From Elusimicrobia bacterium RIFCSPLOWO2_01_FULL_59_12 (GTDB lineage: Bacteria > Elusimicrobiota > Elusimicrobia > 2-01-FULL-59-12): DNA of 42,524 bases. The notes beneath the pieces were generated by a model that was given only the letters and a program-made list of their open reading frames with translations, was not told the origin of the DNA and did not search any database. Each line of letters begins with the position of its first letter. Position 1 is the stretch's first letter. The stretch covers positions 34,986 through 77,509 of the forward strand of contig MGUR01000075.1 in NCBI GenBank assembly GCA_001800075.1, given 5' to 3'. The translations under genes were made by a program, and so were the position numbers. Below are positions 9,159 to 17,073 of the stretch, piece by piece.

Positions 9159-10295
9159 TCAGACCAAGGACCGATAAATCGACTCCAAACGGCGGTAATG
9201 GTCACGAACGTTGAATTTTTCAAGTACCCGCAGGCGGCCTGCCTGGCCCATGGTCCGCCGCATGGCCTCATTCTTCAACAGCGTCACCAGATGGCGAGCG
9301 AGTTCACCGACGTTGCCCGGTTCGAACAGGAGACCGTTTTGCCCTTCCTCCACCACCGTCGGCACGGCGCTCGCCCGTGTCGCCACGACCGGGATGCCCG
9401 CGAACATGGCTTCGGTCAGGACCAGCCCGAAGGCTTCATACTGGCTGGGCAGGGCGAAAATAGTGGCGTGAAGAAAGGCGCTCAACAGATCGGCTCGTTC
9501 CAAGGTTCCGCCATAAATGACGTGGTCCCTGATTCCCAGACGCTTGGCCAAATGCTCCATCTCGCGCCAATACCCGAAATCGTATCCCGCGACAAAGAAA
9601 ACAACGTCCGGTTGATCGCCGAGCACCCCGACGGCGGCCCGGAAGAGCAAATCCAATCCCTTGTCAGGCGCAATGCGCCCGACAAAAAGGACGATCGGGC
9701 GGGAAGCGATCCCATAACGTTCAAAGACGTTATGGCGGATGGCTTTGAACTCTTCAGGGTCCACTCCGCTGGAGATCACTTCCAATCGCTTGGGTTTAAA
9801 GCCTTCTTGAAGGATTAATCGTTTTTCCCATTCCGAAACGGCCACGACCACATCTGCCGCCTGGATGGTTTGAGCCCCGACGGTTCGTTGATACCGGTTC
9901 CAGAAGGTCGAACGACGTGGCGAAAAATGAGGGTTGAATACAAATGGAATTTTCCGTTTCTTACACACTCGGGCGGCCGCGTCCGCCGGGAAATACCAGA
10001 ACGCATGCGCGTGCACCACGTCCGCCCGGCTCCACCAGAGGCGAACCGGCAACGACGGCATGACCGGATACGTGATCCTCGGCGGAGTGAAAGACCAACA
10101 CCGTTTCACGGGGATCCCATTTACGGTGGGCGAGCCCTTCTTTAATTTCACACCCCGCAGATGTTCCGCCAAATCGGAACAGAGAACCTCAACCTCATGG
10201 CCTTGTCCCTTAAGCCACTCACACTCTTGGCGCAGCGTCACTTCCACCCCTCCATGAGCTGGAAAATACTTGGTTCCCATCTGCACGATTTTCAT
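9159..10295 (-). CDS. GT4-family glycosyltransferase (GT-B fold)
   Basis: The EX7E motif is PSQYEAFGLVLTEAMFAGIPVVAT, with FVGRIAPDKG upstream. ATGA overlap with the upstream stop at 10292-10295. Confidence 0.85.
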   Translation of the reverse strand: MKIVQMGTKYFPAHGGVEVTLRQECEWLKGQGHEVEVLCSDLAEHLRGVKLKKGSPTVNGIPVKRCWSFTPPRITYPVMPSLPVRLWWSRADVVHAHAFWYFPADAAARVCKKRKIPFVFNPHFSPRRSTFWNRYQRTVGAQTIQAADVVVAVSEWEKRLILQEGFKPKRLEVISSGVDPEEFKAIRHNVFERYGIASRPIVLFVGRIAPDKGLDLLFRAAVGVLGDQPDVVFFVAGYDFGYWREMEHLAKRLGIRDHVIYGGTLERADLLSAFLHATIFALPSQYEAFGLVLTEAMFAGIPVVATRASAVPTVVEEGQNGLLFEPGNVGELARHLVTLLKNEAMRRTMGQAGRLRVLEKFNVRDHYRRLESIYRSLV

Positions 10296-12691
10296 GCTTC
10301 TACCGCCTGCGCGCCGACCTTGCGGGAAAGCTTGAGAGCTTCGCTTACCGAATGCTGCACTGCAGCCAGCGTGAGATCCTGCATGCAGCGATGCGCTTTT
10401 TCATCCCGACATTCGTAGCGGTAACAGGGGGCACACTCGACCGGATTCCGAACCATGAAAAATTGCTCGCTCGGGTATCCCCATTTCTGTACATCGCCCG
10501 GACCAAAGAGTGCGACCGTTGGAATCCCCAAAGCGGCCGCCAAATGCATAGCCCCGGTATCGACGGAAATAAACAGGTCACAACAAGCCACCAAGCCTGT
10601 GAGCTCTCGCAGGGATAAAAGGCCGGCGGCATTGAACGCGGGAACGCCCGCCAATTGAATAAGTCCCTCGATCCGCTGTCGTTCCTTACTGGATCCTGTG
10701 AACAGGACTTGGAATCCATGCTGGGTGTGGATCAGGCGCGCCAGCTCCGCCATCCGCTCCTCTTTCCACCATCGGGTCGGCCTCTTCCCGAACGGATGAA
10801 GGCCTACCCAAGGCCGATCGGCCGGCGCTCCGTGATTTGTCAAAAGCTCTAAAACCCGCTGCCGCTCCTGGGGAGATACCCTGATCGAAGGCCGCTCTTG
10901 GGTCTTGGACACGCCAAGCACTTTGAGTAAGTCGAGGTTTCGTTCGCACTCACGCTTGATCGGTGCCGAAGGAACAAGCAAGTTATAAAATCCAGGCCAT
11001 TCCGATTCCGAAAAGCCGAGACGATAAGGAACGCCTGCCAACCAGGTCGCCAGACCGAATCGCCCATCCGTCTCTTGCGAGGACATGATGACCAGGTCCG
11101 GCTGTTCTTTGCGAATCCAGCGCCAGGACTGTATTATTTGGCGTAGTGACATCGCGTCCCACGCAGGCCATGTTTTCAAGTGGATGTTGTCGCACCCGCT
11201 CAACAAAGGGACCACCGCCGCGGCCAAGGGGGTAGTCGCGACGGTGGTTGAGGCACGAGGATAGGCGTGCCGAAGTGCATCCAGTGTGGGCAGAAACACC
11301 ACCATATCCCCGAAAGCGCCGGTGCGAAAGACAAGGACCTTCCGAAGCTTCTCTTTCTCTGGAGCCGGAACCGCCTTTTGCAGATAACGCGCCACCGCGT
11401 GGACCATGGATCCCGCATAGAAACCAAGGCTTCGGGATCGACATAGCCACATGGCCGTTGCTAAGGTCACCCCCCCGGTCGCAAAATCGCTGACTACGGT
11501 GGCGAGGCTGGCCCCGCGAGACCCCATCGATGGGATCCATTGCCAGTCCAAAAACGCGATGAAGGAGAGGCCCAACAGAGAGTAGAGGGCATAACGCTTT
11601 TGGTAGCCGGCGGCAATCAGAACGCTCCCTGAGAGTTGCCCAATGAATGAGGCCATAATGGACCATGCCAAAATCGCTAGGCACGGCGTGGCGGCAGCAA
11701 AGGCAGGGCCGTAGAGCCATTGGACCAGTTGCGCTCGGCATAGAAGGACCCCGAGCGCGGCCACCGGGCCCACCAACAGGAAATATCGGAGGAGGGTCCA
11801 AAACGTCGATCGGAAAAGTGGCCGATCGTTCTGGGAGGCCCAAGAAAGGGTTGGGAAGACGGCCCCCATCAGAATTCCAGGAATCAACTGAAACGCATGA
11901 AGAATTTGGTAGGCCGCGGTGTACCATCCGACCTCCTTCGGCCCACGGAAGTGCGAAAGGAACATCACGTCGATACGGTCATAAACCGAAAAGGACAGCG
12001 CGCCTAAACCTAGCGGGAACGCCCCCCATAAGACTTTTCGGACAAAGTTTAAATCCCACTGCAGCGGCACTTTGAAATAGGCGTATTGAAAGACGGCCAC
12101 ATTCACGCCCAGCTCGATTGCGCTGGCTGCACAGAGCGCCCAGGCCAAGGCGACCACGTCTTTAAAATACCAGGCGGATACTCCAGCGAGGGCCACCCGG
12201 ACAACTCCGGAGATCCCGTGAACCATCCATTCCAGCTCCATACGCTCAAAGGCCCTAAACACGGGGCTGAAGAGAGACGAGACCGCCGAGATCATCATTG
12301 AAACCGCGATGCCGGCCACCACCCAGCGGACATCCTTGCTCTGATGGGAGACCCAGACGGTCCCAAGCATGAGAACCAAACCAAGAACGGCCAACGCCAA
12401 CTTCAGAATCACTAGATTTCCAAGATACCGCGGAGCGGAGCTGCGGTCTTTGGCAATCTCCCGAGTGCAATAGAGATGAATCCCCGGGTTGATCAGACCA
12501 CAAACAATTTGGCTTAAGACCGTAGCATAGGCCAGTTTGCCGAAACCGGCATCGCCTAACTGGCGTGCGACGATGGCGTTATACAGGATGGCCAGCGCAA
12601 AACCTGTGGCCAGATCCAAATAAAGGAATACCGCATTCTTGGTTATGCGGCGACCCGCGACAACGACCGGTTCAGTGTACGCAGAGGACAC
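10292..12691 (-). CDS. Fusion protein: MOP-superfamily oligosaccharide flippase (Wzx-like, about aa 1-450) plus C-terminal GT9 glycosyltransferase domain (about aa 455-799)
   Basis: Single uninterrupted 799-codon ORF. The N-terminal half is polytopic with the usual Wzx-type start (KNAVFLYLDLATGFALAILYNAIVARQLGDAGFGKLAYA). From about 11329 downward come KVLVFRTGAFGDMVVFLPTL, then DTGAMHLAAALGIPTVALFGP and CAPCYRYECRDEKAHRC, as in the two stand-alone GT9 genes. GTG start overlaps the upstream gene by 20 nt. Confidence 0.75.
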   Translation of the reverse strand: MSSAYTEPVVVAGRRITKNAVFLYLDLATGFALAILYNAIVARQLGDAGFGKLAYATVLSQIVCGLINPGIHLYCTREIAKDRSSAPRYLGNLVILKLALAVLGLVLMLGTVWVSHQSKDVRWVVAGIAVSMMISAVSSLFSPVFRAFERMELEWMVHGISGVVRVALAGVSAWYFKDVVALAWALCAASAIELGVNVAVFQYAYFKVPLQWDLNFVRKVLWGAFPLGLGALSFSVYDRIDVMFLSHFRGPKEVGWYTAAYQILHAFQLIPGILMGAVFPTLSWASQNDRPLFRSTFWTLLRYFLLVGPVAALGVLLCRAQLVQWLYGPAFAAATPCLAILAWSIMASFIGQLSGSVLIAAGYQKRYALYSLLGLSFIAFLDWQWIPSMGSRGASLATVVSDFATGGVTLATAMWLCRSRSLGFYAGSMVHAVARYLQKAVPAPEKEKLRKVLVFRTGAFGDMVVFLPTLDALRHAYPRASTTVATTPLAAAVVPLLSGCDNIHLKTWPAWDAMSLRQIIQSWRWIRKEQPDLVIMSSQETDGRFGLATWLAGVPYRLGFSESEWPGFYNLLVPSAPIKRECERNLDLLKVLGVSKTQERPSIRVSPQERQRVLELLTNHGAPADRPWVGLHPFGKRPTRWWKEERMAELARLIHTQHGFQVLFTGSSKERQRIEGLIQLAGVPAFNAAGLLSLRELTGLVACCDLFISVDTGAMHLAAALGIPTVALFGPGDVQKWGYPSEQFFMVRNPVECAPCYRYECRDEKAHRCMQDLTLAAVQHSVSEALKLSRKVGAQAVEA

Positions 12692-13928
12692 GTTGACCCA
12701 CAGGATCCCTGAAGAGAGACTTGGCGGCTTTCAAAACATCTTCGATGGAGATCGCCTCCATGCAGTCGTGCCGCGGACGGTTGCATTCCGAGAGACCGCA
12801 GGGGGCGCAGGGCACCTCTTTTTGCAGCAAGACCTGCCGCTGCCCCAGCGGTTTCCATACGTTCATACGGTTGGTCCCACTGAAGAGTCCCACGAGGGGA
12901 ATACCCAGAGCCGCCGCCAGATGCATCGGTCCGCTGTCGACGGAAATGAAAAGAGAGCAATTGGCGATCAATTCGGCCAGATCTCGGACGTTGGTTCGGC
13001 CGACAAAATTAAGGGGCTGGGTCCGCATCGATCTTTTTGCCTGTTGGTAAAAAGAGACGTCGCCCGGAGTCCCCGTCCAGAGAACTTGAGCTTTGTACTT
13101 GAGCGTCAAATGATCCGAAAGCCTGCCGACCTTCTCTGGATTCCAATCCTTGGATGGGCACCCGGCGCGCGCGTGTACGCCCATTAAAGGACGCCGTTCA
13201 TCCCACCCGTGGTGTCGCAAGTCATCGCGCGCGGACAGACAATCGCATTTCGCAAGATGAACCCGTGGGAAGTCAGTCGATAGCGCGGCGATACCCATCG
13301 CCGCCATTTTGCGGCGTTGACGGTCTAAAACAGGGGTGCTGTCATCAAAATCGGTCGCCTGCGTGAGCAAAAAACCCTCCCCCCGACGCGCATCTCCAAT
13401 GCGGAGCGGCGCGCGACTGAGGTAGGTGAGCAGCAGTGTAATCCAGTGACTGCCACTGGAAAGATCAACGGCCACATCAAAGGGCCGCCAGGCCAAGCGG
13501 CACGTTAGACGAAGCAACGCGAGCATCCGCCCACCAGGCACGCGCGTCCCTTGATCCTGGTTCCGATCAAAAAAGGGGTCCTTCCAATAGAGAATTTCAT
13601 CAAAGAAAAAGATCCAGGAGGCCCATGGTTCTGCATGATGCCCCGTAATCAACGTGAGACGTCCCTGCGGATAGTGGCGACGGATGGCTTCCAGCGCCGG
13701 GAGAGTCAGGATAAAATCCCCCAAATGATCGAGTTTGACGATCAACACTCTCGGCCTTTCGGGATTATTTTTGAGGGACTTTTTCATAAGGACTTGCCAG
13801 AAGGAGCGGACGGTTTGGAGGGTCGATGAAAGGGCAATGAGGAGGCACGTCCAAAGCCACAGGCGGGTCTTATTCTGGAATCGGTAGCCAGAAAATAACG
13901 TGAACGGGTTAACCGCGCGCACTTTCAT
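12672..13928 (-). CDS. Family 9 glycosyltransferase (heptosyltransferase-like) with possible N-terminal membrane anchor
   Basis: Motifs VLIVKLDHLGDFILTLPALEAI, SVDSGPMHLAAALGIPLVGLFS and CAPCGLSECNRPRHDC. A hydrophobic stretch RLWLWTCLLIALSSTL lies near the N-terminus. An alternative internal start at 13787 (MKKSLKNN) would remove it. Confidence 0.75.
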   Translation of the reverse strand: MKVRAVNPFTLFSGYRFQNKTRLWLWTCLLIALSSTLQTVRSFWQVLMKKSLKNNPERPRVLIVKLDHLGDFILTLPALEAIRRHYPQGRLTLITGHHAEPWASWIFFFDEILYWKDPFFDRNQDQGTRVPGGRMLALLRLTCRLAWRPFDVAVDLSSGSHWITLLLTYLSRAPLRIGDARRGEGFLLTQATDFDDSTPVLDRQRRKMAAMGIAALSTDFPRVHLAKCDCLSARDDLRHHGWDERRPLMGVHARAGCPSKDWNPEKVGRLSDHLTLKYKAQVLWTGTPGDVSFYQQAKRSMRTQPLNFVGRTNVRDLAELIANCSLFISVDSGPMHLAAALGIPLVGLFSGTNRMNVWKPLGQRQVLLQKEVPCAPCGLSECNRPRHDCMEAISIEDVLKAAKSLFRDPVGQRVLCVH

Positions 13929-14928
13929 ATCCTTTTAAAATGACTTCCAAACTATGCGCATTGTCACTAGCCGCGATAATAGACTCTCGACCGTTGCGGA
14001 TACACGCGATAAAATGGTGAAAGGAGTCGGGACCCGCCGGATGGGGCTCTAGGGGGTGTGTAACCCCCTTCGGAAGGCGGTTCGCGTTCCAATCAATGTA
14101 GTCACGGGGACAGAATTGGATTCGTGCCATGACCTGATCGCCTACCAGCGTGAAATGCCCATCGCAAGGGTAACCATTCCAGCTCATTTGCAGCGTTACC
14201 AAGGGGCCTTGTCGCATCTGCAGGAAAGCCAGCGCCTCGTCTTCGACGTCAGAAGCAGGACGTCGACGACTGTGAATCATGCGGACCTGCTCCACCTCGT
14301 CGTCCAACACGTAGCGCGCCAGATCAACCAAGTGAATACCCAGGTCCATGAACACGCCTCCCCCCGCGTGGTCCTTTTGAAAGTGCCACGCTTGACGGGG
14401 GCCTGAATGACTGAAGGTCATATCCATCTTGATCACCTTTCCAAACGTTCCCGCTTTGAGCAACTGTCGAGCCCAATACACTCCTTTTGAAAAACGGAAA
14501 TTTTGGCGTACCAGAAGCAATCGCCCACTCTTTTCGGCCATCAACACAAGTGATTCAAGTTCAGGTGTCGAGGTCACCATGGGTTTTTCCACCATCACAT
14601 GCAGACCGGCTTGCAGACAATAAGCGGCCATCTCGAAATGATCCGCAGGCGGAGTGGCAATACTCACGGCATCCAGAGGTTCTTCATCGACCATTTGTCT
14701 CCAATCCGAGTATCGCTTCTCCACGCCAAAGGACTCCGCGATACGTTCTAAGCGGTCGGGGCCGCCGCGCCCCGACAGCGCTTGGATGGAACAGCCTTCG
14801 ACCGCCCTCAATCCAGGAAGATGTTGCTCTTGAGCGACTGCTCCAACGCCGATAACCCCAATGGAGATCTTCCTGGCTCTAGGGGGGAGGTGGCCCAGGA
14901 GACTCTGCACGATTTGAGTGGCATTCAC
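13909..14928 (-). CDS. Gfo/Idh/MocA-family NAD(P)-dependent oxidoreductase (probable sugar dehydrogenase)
   Basis: N-terminal Rossmann start ISIGVIGVGAVAQEQHLPGL, followed by VMVEKPM. Length and layout fit the family. GTG start in a GTGA overlap with the upstream stop. Confidence 0.75.
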   Translation of the reverse strand: MNATQIVQSLLGHLPPRARKISIGVIGVGAVAQEQHLPGLRAVEGCSIQALSGRGGPDRLERIAESFGVEKRYSDWRQMVDEEPLDAVSIATPPADHFEMAAYCLQAGLHVMVEKPMVTSTPELESLVLMAEKSGRLLLVRQNFRFSKGVYWARQLLKAGTFGKVIKMDMTFSHSGPRQAWHFQKDHAGGGVFMDLGIHLVDLARYVLDDEVEQVRMIHSRRRPASDVEDEALAFLQMRQGPLVTLQMSWNGYPCDGHFTLVGDQVMARIQFCPRDYIDWNANRLPKGVTHPLEPHPAGPDSFHHFIACIRNGRESIIAASDNAHSLEVILKGYESARG

Positions 14929-16112
14929 GAGGACGACCGCGCCAGCACGCCCGGGACGTGTTTTCTTTGCCGCATGGATTTATAGAACCGATCGGCCACC
15001 TTGAGACCCGCGCCCATGCTCAAATGCATCGATTCCACGGCGCGAGGGCATTTGGCACAAATGGGAAAAAACGTGTGCTTCCTCAAGTAGAGTCGCAGCC
15101 GCCGCATGGGTTCGTTATTCCAAATGTCCCTGAGCGACTCTTGGTAGATATTGCCAAGGACATAATCCGGGAAATCTGTGCAGAGGACGACATTTCCATT
15201 CGGCTGGATCGTTAATACCTTGTCCATGACCTTGCAATGAGCCTCGGGTGGATACAACCCGTTGATCGATGGAAATTTAGGGTTCTTAAAAAACCCCTGG
15301 AGCTGATCGGCTTTATCGATACCATAGATGATTACTTTCGGGTGGTCCTTCACTTTGTTGATTTGGTTTTGAAGAATCTCCAGATCAATACCCTCGCCGT
15401 GCCCTCTCCAACCCTCCCAGGTCTTCGCATGGCACCCGAACTCCTGCATCATGAACTTCTCGTGTTCCTGGCCAAGCGAATCCTGAACGAAACGAGGGAG
15501 ATGGAACTGAATCATGTCGAAACCATTCGAGAATTCAGTCTCGAAAAACATGAGGCTCTTTTCGAGGGCGTGGTAGTTATGGTGAGTGATCACGGAGTTG
15601 ATCACCACCACGGGCGCAAAAGGCTTTCGGACGGCCGCCAGCGCTCGGAAGTTCTTCAATATTCGCTCGGTCGTCCCGATGACCCCCCGGCTGGCGTCAT
15701 TTTCATCGGGATTGGACGAATCGATCGAAACAGTCAACCCGCTGAGGTTTCTGATCATCGAGTCCAGATGAGGGCCTATGATCGTTCCGTTGGTTGTCAT
15801 CCACACGACCTGCGCCCTCTCTCGCGCGAGTTCCATCAGGGGGCCGATGAACCGGTAGGTCATGGGCTCGCCGCCAAAGAGATGAAGCGACTCCCAGGAG
15901 GGCCGTTCGTCGAGCACCCGCTTCAAATCTTCAAAACGAATCTCTTCCTTAATGAACATTCGCTTTTCCGGATCTTCACCAAAAAAACTGACCTGTCCGC
16001 ACATTTTGCATTTGAGATTGCATCGCAAGGTCATCAGAAGAATCAAGGAACGGATGTTTTCGAAGCGATCGAATCCAAGCGCAACGCCTTCTTTTTCCAA
16101 GGCCTCACTCAT
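14925..16112 (-). CDS. Radical SAM enzyme with partial SPASM/twitch-type C-terminal domain (paralogue of 6887..8017)
   Basis: The CX3CX2C motif is RCNLKCKMCGQ. GGEPM and RGVIGTTERI are present. The C-terminus has CX12GX4C (CKVMDKVLTIQPNGNVVLC), then CAKC about 40 aa later. I placed the start at ATG 16112, which has GGAGG 5 nt upstream and an ATGAGTGA overlap with the upstream stop. Confidence 0.85.
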   Translation of the reverse strand: MSEALEKEGVALGFDRFENIRSLILLMTLRCNLKCKMCGQVSFFGEDPEKRMFIKEEIRFEDLKRVLDERPSWESLHLFGGEPMTYRFIGPLMELARERAQVVWMTTNGTIIGPHLDSMIRNLSGLTVSIDSSNPDENDASRGVIGTTERILKNFRALAAVRKPFAPVVVINSVITHHNYHALEKSLMFFETEFSNGFDMIQFHLPRFVQDSLGQEHEKFMMQEFGCHAKTWEGWRGHGEGIDLEILQNQINKVKDHPKVIIYGIDKADQLQGFFKNPKFPSINGLYPPEAHCKVMDKVLTIQPNGNVVLCTDFPDYVLGNIYQESLRDIWNNEPMRRLRLYLRKHTFFPICAKCPRAVESMHLSMGAGLKVADRFYKSMRQRKHVPGVLARSSS

Positions 16113-17073
16113 ATGTTCCTCCCACGGGAATCGGCGAACTGGTGCTGTGCGCGATAATCTTGAAAACATTGGGACACCGCAGAGAACGTGCAAGCCCTGT
16201 GAGCCAGGCGTGACGGTAAAGACAGAACTTTTCAGACCGAAGAATCTGAAGCCCCTGAGTCTTGAGAACCGCGATCACCTCCTGCTCATCAATGCCGCCG
16301 CAAACATCGTGATATTCGACGAGGGAGATGTCGGGCTTTGTCTTGGTCTCTGAATCTGGGGTCCGTTGGCTCGCACCGGACGCATAAAACATCCGCCAGG
16401 CCTTTTGGATAGCGTCGGGAAGCGAGTTAGCCCAAAAACGCTCGCAGAGGTATCGAATACGGTACAACGATGCATTAACCCATTTTTCTTCAAGCTCAGA
16501 GGCTCTGGCCATCCATCGGTTCAGGGGAGTCATCATTTTCCGGTTCAGGGGATCCGTAGCGATATAGAGAAATCCTCCGGGCAAAAGACGCCGGCAGGCC
16601 TGTTTCAGCGTCTCCAGATAATCTGGGAGATGGTGCAAAACGGAATGGAAGACGATCCCATCGTATAAGGCATCCGTGTTGGCAAGGAACTTATCGACGT
16701 CTTCTTCAACAATTTGAATAGAAGCCGTAAGGGTGGTGCAGGCTTCAATCGCTATCTTTCTTCTGAGTTCTGCCAGCATCCCGCTGGAAATGTCGACGGA
16801 AGTGACCCAGCACAATTGTTCAGCAAAGGCCAGGGTCATGAATCCGGTTCCGCATCCCAAATCCAGCACGCGCGGTGAATCTTTCGGGAAAAAGGACCGC
16901 AAGTAACGGATGTCCTTTTGAAATTCGGTAACAGCCGAGGGCATCATATAGGGCTGTTTGTCATCGTATGTCGTGGCCCCCAAATCGTGTGCCCAGCGAT
17001 TATGTTCGCGGATCTTTTCCGCCTGTTCAGGTGTTATTCCCAAGGGGTTGAATCTTTCTACCTCTGTCGGCAT
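16105..17073 (-). CDS. Class I SAM-dependent methyltransferase
   Basis: Motif I VLDLGCGTGFMT, then IVFHSVLHHLPD and GGFLYIATDP. Confidence 0.8.
   Translation of the reverse strand: MPTEVERFNPLGITPEQAEKIREHNRWAHDLGATTYDDKQPYMMPSAVTEFQKDIRYLRSFFPKDSPRVLDLGCGTGFMTLAFAEQLCWVTSVDISSGMLAELRRKIAIEACTTLTASIQIVEEDVDKFLANTDALYDGIVFHSVLHHLPDYLETLKQACRRLLPGGFLYIATDPLNRKMMTPLNRWMARASELEEKWVNASLYRIRYLCERFWANSLPDAIQKAWRMFYASGASQRTPDSETKTKPDISLVEYHDVCGGIDEQEVIAVLKTQGLQILRSEKFCLYRHAWLTGLARSLRCPNVFKIIAHSTSSPIPVGGTYE

Noticed and set aside
10983-11927. 314-aa same-strand, out-of-frame ORF inside the flippase-GT9 gene
   Set aside because: Its composition is Gly/Arg/Pro-rich and it lies entirely within a longer ORF that has coherent TM and GT9 motifs.
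15237-16157. 306-aa plus-strand ORF antisense to the second radical SAM gene
   Set aside because: It has no recognisable motifs, and the minus frame has the CX3CX2C and SPASM-type cysteines. The same reasoning applies to other antisense ORFs: 3221-3859, 9093-9818, 24237-24893, 34297-34974, 35235-35825, 36027-36659, 38894-39655 and 40390-41031.
6887-17073. RiPP-type precursor peptide gene next to the radical SAM/SPASM enzymes
   Set aside because: All neighbouring junctions are overlaps or gaps of 9 nt or less, and the track shows no short same-strand ORF with an RBS there.
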